DNA from: Klebsormidium nitens
Taxonomy: Eukaryota; Plantae; Klebsormidiophyceae
Assembly (NCBI GenBank): GCA_000708835.1
Contig: DF237068.1
Span: forward strand, 1 to 47,643
Length of the DNA: 47,643 nucleotides
Direction: 5' to 3'
Shown: piece after piece, positions 34,901 through 45,100 of the stretch
Layout of the letters: the number at the start of each line of letters is the position of its first letter
Position numbering within the stretch: position 1 is the stretch's first letter
The notes under the pieces: model-generated
The model's input: the letters and a program-made list of their open reading frames with translations, nothing else
The model's database searches: none
Told to the model about the DNA's origin: nothing
Translations under genes and position numbers: made by a program

Positions 34901-37900
34901 TGCCATTCTTAGCAGTAGGTGCTTCAGCTTCGCACGTAAAAACTGCTGCTGTGAGGATCGAAAAGGTGCTGGCTGTGCCTTTGAGGTTTTCCTGATGTTT
35001 CGTGCTCGTTCAAAACGTGGGCGCTTTTCTCAGCCATTTCAGGTCGTTTTCGCTCTTGACAAAATTGAAAAGGCGCGGTAGCAAGTTGTTTAGAACTGAC
35101 TAAACAGACATTTATTCGTGCCAAATCTTACAACGTGCTCTTAAGAATAAGAATAAGAATAAGATAAGAATAAGAATAAGAATAAGAACATAAGAACATA
35201 AGAATAAGAACACGTGCGCGTGCGCGTAAGAATTGTCTTTGTATTGACTTGAGGCCTTCGCGGCTACTTGTCTGGTTTTGTGTATGCAGAATCTGAAGGC
35301 TTTGATGTTCACCTTGTGGCGCCCTCGCCAGTTATAATCTGTCTGTAATCTGAAGGCCACTTTTCTGTTTGCATTCCTATAGATAGTACTATGCCATGCG
35401 TTGTCTGGCCACCTTGTCTGGAGTTGAAGTCGAAATAAGATTACGGTAGACTTCCAGTTGGAGAGAAAGATATGAGGTGTGTCTTTACCAAACTGGACAT
35501 GACGCTCAGGAAAATTTGTCTCCACAAAGCCAGTGGACTGGACCGGCTTCCAAATGACAAAACCCCCTTGTCCGTATTTGACAAAAGCTGGTGGGCCTCT
35601 TTTGTCCGCAGACCTTAGCTGCTCGCCTCCATTGGTAGAATATGTACCTCTCTTTTCTAACTTCAGTTTTGGGAGAGTCTACGAATGCTGACAGATCCTC
35701 AGGCTCTTTTTATGACACAATCCTAGCTCAACCCGTTTTCTCCGCCTCACCTGGGAGCCTAGAATGCTGCTCAGTTTGTGATTTACCATCATGGATGCGC
35801 TTTTGGTTAACAATTTATCTGAAAGGAAAAGTGCTGAGCGTTTGGTGAAGCATATAAGTTGTGCATGGGAATCTGGCTAAGACGTGTCCTCTTTGCGGGC
35901 ACCTTCGCCCAATGCGGTGTACTGGGAGCTGACGCCACCATGGTGAACCGACGTTATCCTTTTATTTTAGCTAGCCTTCTGTGTCACTGCCAAAGCCAAT
36001 AAAAGATGCCTGCTTCTGAAACGTGCATGCCTTGCGTCGTGCCCGAACGGGATGCTCAATAAGTCCCCGTGAATCTCCTATCTTTAGCTTGACCTTTGCT
36101 TGCAATCACAACGGTCCGGATTGTTGATGGATGTATGTGTAGAGCAAGCGTGTTGGTGCGTGCTGGCGTTGCTGTGCGCACTTTGAAAGAAAGAATAAGT
36201 TGACCATATGCGTAAATCTGCTCGTCCGAATAAATATGATATGTGGTCCTTTAGCCTTCTCCTGATCTGCAACTCTCCGGATGTTCAATACTGTGAAGAG
36301 GGGACCAAGCCCGTAGAAACACGACAAATCATCTCTAAAGGATCTCACTATTGCTTGCTCTGTTATGGCTAGGACAGCCGGTTCTGGTTTGAGCTTTCCA
36401 CCGCGCATTCCTAGTGCCCTGTTGGATTCTAATTGAAGCCAGCGAGGTGACTCTGAACCAGCCGTTACATTCTATTGAAAGTCTGTCCAACTTTCGCACG
36501 CTCTTGTCTGCCTCGAAATCCGTACCCCAAAGGTTGTGCGGAAAATGCTCTTCACATGGGCTCGTTGGATCCTATCCTGAATGAAAATTAGAAAGCGGGT
36601 TGTCGTGAGTTTGTGAGAAGTCTCCGAAGCGCGCATGCCGGCCGCGGCTGTAGATATTTGCCCGCGGCGTGTGGCTGTGATACTCTTTCTCGATGGGCGT
36701 TGCTGCCCACTCGTTCAATGCTGCATCTCTGACGCCGCGTTCGCGGAGACCCTGGTGTTAGACCTCTGATAGCTGCATTCTTCAGAAACATACTCCAGCC
36801 TCTAGACAGCCAAGCAGCAGCCACTTGGTCACAAGGGGTGTCGGGTTTTGCTATGTTCGCTTCTTTCGAGCTTGCGTGGCAAAGTTCCCAACAGACAACT
36901 CGTAAGTAAAATGTCCTTAACTCAGGATGCAGCTCACTGTATATTGCGAAGCCGCACTGCGCTTCGGACCATATGAGACGTCATCAAGGGGTCGTTTGCT
37001 CGTTCCCGTGTTGCACTCTGCAGCGTCTTTCCTCTTTGACTACACGTTGAATCTTCGGCCTTTATATTCACGCTGAACCAAACATCCCTCGCTGATTACG
37101 ACTTCCTACGCAGAAACGCACAAGTCAAAGTTAGATCCCCTATAACGAATCTACGCTTCCCTGTTTCGCAGATTTCCGCCGACTTCCCGGTCATCAACTT
37201 ATCCCGCCAGGGCGTCTACAACCGGTACGGCTACATGTCGCGCTTCGTGGCGACATCCTCCAGCGTGTGCCAAGGTGGGCGGTCGCCGCTTCTTACGCTT
37301 TTGTCACGCACGATCAGTCGTCTCTTTCAATCCATCACGTTTCAAAAGTCAGGTTTCACTCTTTGGATGTCACATCAGATCGTCCAGGGAGCTGGTGAGT
37401 TTCGTTCCCGTACACTTACGTGTTGTCTGCAGTGAATGGATCTCGCTCGTCTAGTCTTTCTGGGGTCCGGGAGCCTGGCGTGCGATTTGCGCTGGAGTCG
37501 CTCAAGGCTGACGTTGAGAAAACCAGCGGAAGACACTGCAACCTGTGCGACGCATGATCTTCTAAATGGGGGCTCCACACATTTGCCGTTGAGGAATCAA
37601 CGGAGCAGTTGTGATATAGCCCTCAAAAGCAACTCTCATTTTTCAGAGCTTCATTAAAAATGGTTGGCGCGCTGTAAGGAGTTTCTGGCTGATTGATTAT
37701 CTGTGCCCCTCCAAGATCTCGGTCAATATGCTTTCTCTCTGGGATCTTCCGAAAGAGCCTATCTGAAAGTCGCTCGGGGAGCGGCCCGTGTGATCATACC
37801 CCTTGTTATCCCGATTGCCTGGGGAGCGTGCAACCACACGAATCATCACCGGAGCTTTTTCCGCCTGAGAGGGATCCCTCAAGCCATCTCCTTTGGCGTC

Positions 37901-38584
37901 GCTGTGCACCCGAATCCTTAGGCGGCATCGTCTGCTCGTTTCCACCAGGAACGGGTCTAGATACTTAATCAGACAGAGCGCAGACTCAGAATGCACATCT
38001 TCCGCGTCTAGAAACGTCACTCACGCAGATGGATCCCATCGGGCGCTAGCTCCCAAACCCCGGTCGCATCTCAGCGCCCGGTTCTGAATCCCCTATTTCC
38101 GCCCCCTCTCACAGACTTCGGCTGCACCCTCACTCCCCTCTTCGACGCGCTGGTCAAGATCGACTTCGAAACCGGGTCAGTCCAAACCCACGAGTTCGGT
38201 CCCGGAATTCTCGGCGGAGAAGCGGCGTTCGTTCCCCGAGCGAGCCCGGTACGTACCGCCGGGTTCGAGGAAATTCTCGACCAGCTTCCCAGCTACCTTC
38301 TGGATTTCCTGCCGCCCGGAGCATTCTCCCAGGCGCAGAATGAGTGGGCTTCCAGTCTGACGGAGCACCCAGGGGGATCCCCCGGCGCCGGGGGATCCCC
38401 CGGGGACGAAGACGAGGGGTGGTTGGTCGTGCACGTGTGGGACGAGGCCCTCCGGCAGAGTGAGGTGCTGGTCATAGACGCTAAGGATTTCGAGGGCCCT
38501 GTTTTGGCCCGGGTGGTGCTGCCGCGCCGCGTGCCGTACGGGTTTCACGGGACGTTTTTGCCGGAGGAGGAGGCGGGGGTTTAG
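16988..38584 (+). CDS. CCD: Carotenoid cleavage dioxygenase (RPE65/CCD family, CCD1/CCD4/NCED-like), at least 10 exons, about 970 aa, putative plastid transit peptide
   Basis: Exons: 16988-17359, 18035-18749, 19292-19434, 25327-25407, 25967-26071, 26885-27073, 28025-28147, 28573-29760 (contains the N gap), 37172-37274, 38115-38584; phases are consistent. Motifs: NPFLEGNFAPV, RNGPNP, HWFDGDGMVH, KNTANT, DFPVIN, GEAAFVPR, EDEGWL. All four Fe-binding His are present (SAHPKLDP, MHDFAITE, LHVLNAFEE, YGFHGTF). Exon 1 is Ser/Arg/Ala-rich (transit-peptide-like). Exons 1 and 4 rest on splice signals and phase, not on homology. Confidence 0.92.
18200..18469 (+). repeat. Coding tandem repeat, 54 nt / 18 aa x4 plus one degenerate copy, in the CCD N-terminal extension
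   Basis: LDPFGEPQVKLRE(R/K/Q)(L/I)xxx units start at 18254, 18308, 18362 and 18416; degenerate LDLYGESQINLRKKLAVS at 18200. Confidence 0.95.
19355..19818 (+). repeat. Splice-donor echo array 3: decayed copies of the 3' end of CCD exon 3, downstream of the live donor
   Basis: The live end (...TTCAAAGAGGAGTCGCG...TGGCCGGGAGTCAAGATGCAACCG/gtgagc, 19434) recurs at about 19516-19592 (GT kept at 19587), 19650-19718 and 19778-19818 (GT at 19811). Confidence 0.9.
20000..24650. pseudogene. Probable decayed insertion in the 5.9-kb CCD intron 3
   Basis: The intron is far longer than most introns here. Stop-interrupted, protein-like minus-strand segments (LLKHEKERANLLYEENRPLERQRSEYIRHKEY near 20550-20460; SEWRILPFEVGGSEIPRIICNPCRKGF near 21430-21350) and small frame-breaking duplications (21307-21340, 20329-20384). 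No family recognised. Confidence 0.3.
27000..27345 (+). repeat. Splice-donor echo array 4: two decayed copies of the 3' end of CCD exon 6
   Basis: Live GGAGTCATCAGCAAGGAG...CCTGTCATG/gtgagggtt (27008-27073) recurs at about 27140-27245 (donor kept) and 27260-27345 (donor lost). Confidence 0.9.
28602..29167. other. Assembly gap (566 N) inside CCD coding sequence
   Basis: Run of n from 28602 to 29167; flanks translate RIGVLP and FGTARDLRWF. Confidence 0.99.
30250..36830 (-). pseudogene. Decayed coding relic(s) of unknown family, antisense in the 7.4-kb CCD intron (probably a dead mobile or viral gene)
   Basis: Long minus-strand frames with sparse stops and protein-like composition. Examples: about 36760-36340 has one stop in about 140 codons (HQGLRERGVRDAALNEWAATPIEKEY...PHNLWGTDFEADKSVRKLDRLSIECNGWF); also ORFs 34337..34906 and 33665..34117, EGYKDEIQDPLVELAWSQGSENF near 33200, and INFVQFQRQCLTLNDVFERCRIF near 31800. 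No recognisable domain; boundaries are approximate. Confidence 0.4.
35142..35211. repeat. (AAGAAT)n microsatellite with AAGAACAT variants
   Basis: About 11 units, read directly from the sequence. Confidence 0.95.
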
Positions 38585-39614
38585 GTGAGGGTTTAGGCGG
38601 GGGGGTCAGGAGAGGGTTTCGGGGGTTTGAATCCTTGCAAGTGGACGTTTCTGCCTAAGGAGGTGGAATGGCTGATTTTCGGGGGGGTAAAACGGAGGGT
38701 TGGACACATCACGGGACGCTTTTGTTCAAGGAGCCGGGGTTGATTGGAGGATGGGATTTCGCTCTCGGAGAAAGATACGGGTTTTAGGAACCGGGTTTGT
38801 CGGACACAAGTGGGTTTGGAAGATCTAGTGTACAGGGTTTTCATTGCGGTTTATCGCAGATTAAGAGGGTGGACAGGTGTCCAGTAAGAAAGGTCTGCAA
38901 AGCTAGCGGGAAACAAAGTTTGCAAGTGAAGGGTGATAGCGGACGGGAGCATGTAATTGGAAAGAACGGACCAGTAGGAAGCGAAGACAGGCCAATGCTG
39001 GTGGGCGGTAGGAGCATGCGCGCGTGGGGGACCGGAGTTCAGCGGCTGGCAGCGGAATAGCGGAACAGCGGAGCACGGAATGGGCTCACGGCTTTGTCAG
39101 AGCCTGACACGCCGGGAAAGCCTGGTTTGATAACGGCCTTCATGAAGGTCGTCTTGTAAATACGATAAACATACGGATCCGACATAGATTGCTGCATATA
39201 ATCTTAGGGCGTCGAAGTAGAGCCGCGCGCTGTTTGTGACTAGCAATTGGAGAGCACTGGAGACGGATCGATTGTACAGCTCGAGTGAGCAATGGCTTCG
39301 CACTTTTAGTTCTACTATTGAGTTGGTGTGTGTGAGAACCTAGTGACGAGACTGATTGCTTGCGCTCTGCCAGGTAGACTGAGGTTAGGTACTAAATGAG
39401 TCCGTAGGATCCTCCTATAAGTGTTTTTAAGGTTTAGCATTGATGCTCTTTACCCGGCTGTTTAGCTGTATATAGGAAAGATAAGAATTTGATATATTGT
39501 CAAATCAGCCGTATAGGTTGCGGACCGGACACACTGGCGCGTCGAAAACGCGCCTTTGGTGGACTTCAACTCTTTAGATGGTCTGATTCCCATCACGATC
39601 GCTGTAGGCTTGCT

Positions 39615-39672
39615 AGGCCACTGAGGGTGGTCACTTCATGCAATTGCATGAAGTGACCACCCTCAGTGGCCT
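39615..39672. repeat. Perfect 58-bp palindrome with no spacer
   Basis: AGGCCACTGAGGGTGGTCACTTCATGCAA followed directly by its exact reverse complement TTGCATGAAGTGACCACCCTCAGTGGCCT. Confidence 0.97.
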
Positions 39673-40104
39673 TAAGGCTTCGACCCGATAATTGAGGGAC
39701 GTGTCATGTGCGTCCGATCGCCTGGCTGCCAGCGATAGGGTAGCTAGTTGCCATTTCAAATGTGAGATCGATTGCACCCTGTTCAGCGTCCACATTTTGC
39801 CGGTAGAGCTTGCGCTGCATGCCGCCTTCGCCTCCACATATGGTGGCTAAGTCAATTCTTTATAGGACAATATCTGCGCGACTCGACTCAGATCGGCTTA
39901 CCGTACTTGGTCATTGGACGTGACACCAATGATAGGACCGGAGCCGCACCATGTTGCACGCTGTAAGTTCGTGTCCAGCTAGTAACCAGGACCGTACAAC
40001 CACGCATGTTCAAGCAATGATGTCCCATGCACGCATGTTCACTGTTGCACGCAGCAAGTCCTTCCGGATCGCCACGCTGGCATGCCATGATGATGATGAT
40101 GAGG

Positions 40105-40130
40105 CCAGTCATGATTGCAATCATGACTGG
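40105..40130. repeat. Perfect 26-bp palindrome
   Basis: CCAGTCATGATTG/CAATCATGACTGG, flanked by GG and GCC. Confidence 0.93.
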
Positions 40131-42170
40131 GCCGAATAGATGACACCGTGGTAGTGACAAGTACTGTAAGTACGGTATATATACGGCTTATAATATTTTT
40201 CAGAATATAGCAGCTGCATGGGCTCTCCGACTCATGAGGGATGTGAGCTCAACTACTACATGGGCGGCTGTATTCAAGGCCAGTGATTGAATGACTCACA
40301 CTGAGTGTAGTCGGATTGCTATACATAAAGCGTGCCCAGCTGGCAGCTCTCTTTACTGACTGTACAGAATTTTAAGACCTTTGGAGTGGAACGAGTCGAG
40401 TATTCGCAGATCCACACTTTTCAAAGATCGAGCATGTTTGGTTTAATCGGGGCTGAGTTGTAAAAGCATGTCTCCAAGCCCGTCAAAAGTTGGTACCAAA
40501 TATTTGGAATAAGTGAGCACCATCTCGTGAAGGCACCCATTCACCTCCGTTTGGCTATCTTCGCCTGAATCACGGCCGCTGTCAGTGTTGTTCATGCTCC
40601 CCTCGACATTGCCTCATGCTCCGCGTGGCGCACTCAAATGCTAGTTCGACGGTGAATGCTTTTGGCCAAACCGTGACTGTACCCTGCTCCAAGGTCGTAA
40701 AGTGCTCAATATGGCCGAGCTTTCCCGGCGCTTCCAGTGCTACACGTACTCGCACAAACACCTGGAGCTCGAGAACTCATGAACGACAACGAACATTGCT
40801 GCGATTGGCACCAGAGGCTTGGCTTCGGCGGGGCATGCTTGCATTGACGTCAACAGCCGGTATGGCTCATTCGGTCCATTTCCGCTTCACTCGAGCACAC
40901 CTCGACATTGATCCGTCCGGGCTTTGACGAATTGGTAGACGAGGTTGATCATTGTGAGCCGCGTCTTCATATGTGCAGAGCTTCCGTGTCTTCTTGTCCA
41001 ACGTTTTGCGCGGCACGCTGGTGCCGACGAGCGCGCACTCGCGGCCGCGGACGCCGCGCGCGTCACGCGCACGGATGCTGAGGCGCGCGCTCTCACAAAA
41101 GGTGTGCAATTTCTATCTTAGAACATTTGGCGAACCGTTTACGTTTCAATGGTTTGCATAGATCAGTGTAAATAACTTGTACATTAGGACCAGTTTCGAA
41201 GCCCTATCGGTGGCTGGTTAAAAAGGGGTTCAATCATTCAATTCATCCGAGAGCTATTGCTCTGCTAGCTCACTTGACGTGGAGAAACGGACACGGAAAC
41301 GAGCCTTTCGTATGCTACCCACAATAATGGTGAAAGCGACGCTCTGAGCAGTTTCCGCCATCCATCATTGGAGGGCACGAGGACACGGATCTTTCATGGA
41401 GAACATCGCATATCGCACGTTGCAGAAAACTAAGATACGTCTCGAGAAGCACAGGATTCATGCTGCTTCGTCCCTCCGAAGACACCACTTTGAGATACGT
41501 CTTGTCCGGGTGCCGCCATATTTTCAGTTCACCCGAGGGCGATTCCTTAGAACAAGCTTTACCCCTTGAAAAGTCTTGATCCTTCTTTCTGAGCTAGCTA
41601 GTAGCGACGCAGTTGCTGATTCAGCAGGACAGGGAGATTGGTACGTGGCCATCATTTGACGCTTCATGGAAACACAACTTGATAGATATAGTCAGATGGC
41701 TTTTATACCAAATTACAAACTACAGTAGCGGTCTGTATAATGTCTGTAAGACGTACCGTCCAGGAAATCGCAGTAGCCCAATACTTATGAATTCGACCAG
41801 TACTAGTAGCAACCCGTCTCGACCAAAGTCAGATTAGCACCACTCTCACCGGACAGTCGCTGCCCCCAAGCAAAGGTCTGAGCAGATTTAATCTGGCACT
41901 GCAAATTTGCAAAGTGCCCATTTACTAGACGCCGAAAATCCCTACAGATATTGATCGCATAGAGTTGATGGCAGCCACTTCTTGACCGGTTCCCACGAGA
42001 CTAGTATAACTCAACCCCCAGCGTCATTTCCTTGCAGTATCTTTACGTATTATATTTTACCGCTTATACATAATCGCACCGTTGCTGCTCGTTGGCAGCT
42101 ATAACTAGAATCTTATGGTGAAGTATTATACATCCCGTTCAAATTTGAACGTTTTTCATTCCATGTATTT

Positions 42171-45100
42171 CTAGGTCGAGGGCCTTAGCAAATAGTCGTA
42201 GTTGTATCCCAACTTCTTCTCCAGCTCCAAATCCGTCCCCTTGAAAAAGGTCCGAATCGCCTGCGCCGACTCGAACTTGGTTCCGGCAACGTTCTGCTTA
42301 TCATGGACCTGCGAACGGGTTGATACGGGTTCGAAGGGGCTTCAGACCGGTTTACACAAGCTTCACAGGGCTTTATACGGGGTTGATTCAAGTGAGTTGA
42401 AAACGAGTTTCAGACAGGTTTGAAACGGGAGGTTTCAGACGGGCTTGAGACGCTTTTCACATTGAAAGATTCGACACTGGTAGGGCTGCTTGAGAAGCGT
42501 TGAAACAGGTTGGAAATCGGTTTGACGTGGGTTTGAACCTCTCTGTCAGATTTTTACTTCGGAGAAACAAGGGGTTAGATTCTTTGCGTATTTTGTCCTT
42601 GTGGGCGGAGGCTTTACGTCGGTGCTCAAGGGCCAAGAATCACAAAAGACGGGGAAGGCTATAAACTAATTACACTTTGCTCATCACCCTCAGCCCGGAA
42701 GTTAACGACACAGAAGAACACACCTGCATTTCCAACAAGAGTATTACAAAGAAAAGGAAATTGGGATCAGTCTCCCAGATCAGGTTATTCAAGAACATTT
42801 CAATGATTATCAAAGGATTGAGGATGGAACCCAATCTCCTCGACTGTTCAGCGAAGAGGCGGGAGTGCTCGATACGACCTCTGCAATTCGCCTTTGCAAG
42901 TTCATCAATATCTAGAATCAGCAACGTCTAGATTGATTGCTGAAGGGCGTCCGGCAGAGAGACACCCTTCTGTCTTCTTACCAGTGAATCATGTGAAAAG
43001 CCACTAGCGTAAAGAGATGCACCCATGCAACAATTGAGCGGAACGGAAGGGAAGGGAACGGAACGGAACGGACGGCTTACCTGCGCAAGATCAACCCCAG
43101 CGGTTCGCTGACGTGGTGCCTCTTTCTTTCTCCTATCTACGACCTTTTCCGGGCGACAGAGGCCGTCGATCTCAAAGCGAGACTTCACTTCGTTGATCAG
43201 GTCCTGAAGCCCCTGACCCTCCCGATCGATCATATCTTCGTACCTGCAAACACCGAACGGCAGTTGGTATTCATCAGCGTTAGGTCTTGCTTAAAAGAAA
43301 GAAGGAGCAGTCTCACGCTGTGCTTCAGCCGTGTTGGAGGAGCGGACAGCCCAGCAATCCGTTATTACTATGAAGGCCATGACATTATCCCAGAATCTTC
43401 GTTCGTCTTTCAACCTTCCTTCCATCTTTCTTTCTATTTCTTCCTGCCAGTGGTCATTAGTTCTTTCGTTTTCTTCGTTTTACTTTCGTCCTTTCCTTAT
43501 CCTTCTTTCTTTCTTCGTTCTACGACCTTCTTTCTACGAATCCTTTCCAACAAAGGAAAACTTTGAGTGCCGCTTACAAAACAGGATCTCGTGCCGAGAC
43601 GAATGGAAATCAAATCTCCAATGATGACCTTTTGCCCGAGCAAGGTGTTTACCTGACGAAGATAACGCGGTCCTGAGCGTTCGGCACCCACTGCTGCAGC
43701 CGCAGAAAGTTGTCGAGCTTCATCGCTCGCAGCTGCATCACATCTTTGACAGGGCCCTGCAGAAAGCAAACGCTATCTCACTTCGTGCGTCAAGTTTTTT
43801 GAAGTGGACTGGCGGTCTGTCGCAAAGAAACAGGACCGAAGCAAAAAGAGTGGTGTGGATAAGTGCACGATGGCCAATATTTGTTAAACGAGAGTCGTCG
43901 GAGAGCCGTACGCTCACAATGAAGCCTGGATTACGCTCGTCTTGTTCATGCGCCCACAAGATTCAAAGAAGTGAACGTGACTCAATTGACGGAACCCATC
44001 ACAGCTGCATTCCGTTGCTGAGTTTGAGGTTCCTTGGAGAATGGAGAAAGTTGTAGTGCTGAGGGCGTTATGGCAAATCATTTGCTGAGAGGACTTGGAC
44101 GATGATTTTTGTCTCCTTGGTGCATCTTTGTCAGGCCCTCAGGCTGTGAAGAACGCATTTCAGAGAAATCTCACTCGAATCCCATCAAAGAGATTTGTCA
44201 ACAGACTGTGGAGACATACGCCCGTCGTTAGCAGTCATATAGCAGCAAAAGCTTTGTATCCGAAACCCGTATAGGCACGGAAACAAACAGAAAGGAACGG
44301 GTTGGGAAACGGAAACTTACGGCAGGATACGGGCCCCCAAACGCAGGCGAGTATGTTTCGTAGTAGGGCGTGGAAAGGTATCGCTCCTGATCGGGGGTGC
44401 AAACGTCCGTCCTTTTGTCAGGGACCCACGGCCGAGTAAGGAATTCTTCGAAGGGCAGATCCGCATGGCTGTAAGCGTGGTGCGGCTCTTGGGCCATGTT
44501 GAGGAGCCAATCGACGGCGTTGCGCACGACCACGAAAATTAGGTCGCCGTCCTGTAAGAGATTGACACGTGGCGTCAGCAGGATTCCAGTGTCTCCTTGG
44601 CATGATGCGGCGCTTAGCCGTGTTGAGGAGCCAATCCACGGCGTTGCGCACGACCACAAAGATCAGGTCGCCATCTGTAAGAGATTGACACGTGGCGTCA
44701 GCAGGATTCTAGGGTCTCCTTGGCATGAAGCGGCTCTTAGCCATGTTGAGGAGCCAATCGACGGCGTTGCGCATGACACATTGATCAGGTGGCCATCCTG
44801 AAAGAAGGTACAGAGCGACAGGTGGCGTTCAGGGGGGCAAATTTTTCTGAAAATTGATTTTCTCGCCATTTTCATGGAGGCAATTTCCGGCGCTGTGCAC
44901 GACCATGAATATCAGGTCACCGTCCTGTAAGAGCTGACACGTGGCGGGATCCTTGATCTGGTCGAGTGCAAGGTCATATACTGCACTTAAGCCCAGTGAC
45001 ACTTTTGTGTTCGACCACAAAGGTACAGGGCGTGTCTGTTGAAGCTGTCACGTGGCGCTCTGGCAGCTTCTAGGCTCAGACAAGCCAAAGTGCCTGGCTG

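Noticed and set aside
19900-37100. LTR or LINE retrotransposon in the large CCD introns
   Set aside because: No RT (YxDD), integrase, gag zinc knuckle, LTR pair or poly(A) tail was recognised.
16988-38584. CCD7 or CCD8 (strigolactone pathway) assignment
   Set aside because: The motifs (SAHPKLDP.TGEL..FGY, MHDFAITE, RVPYGFHG) fit the CCD1/CCD4/NCED-like branch better; the exact clade needs a phylogeny.
40560-41100. Decayed transposase or gene fragment
   Set aside because: Short protein-like stretches switch frames and show no recognisable motif; too weak to call.
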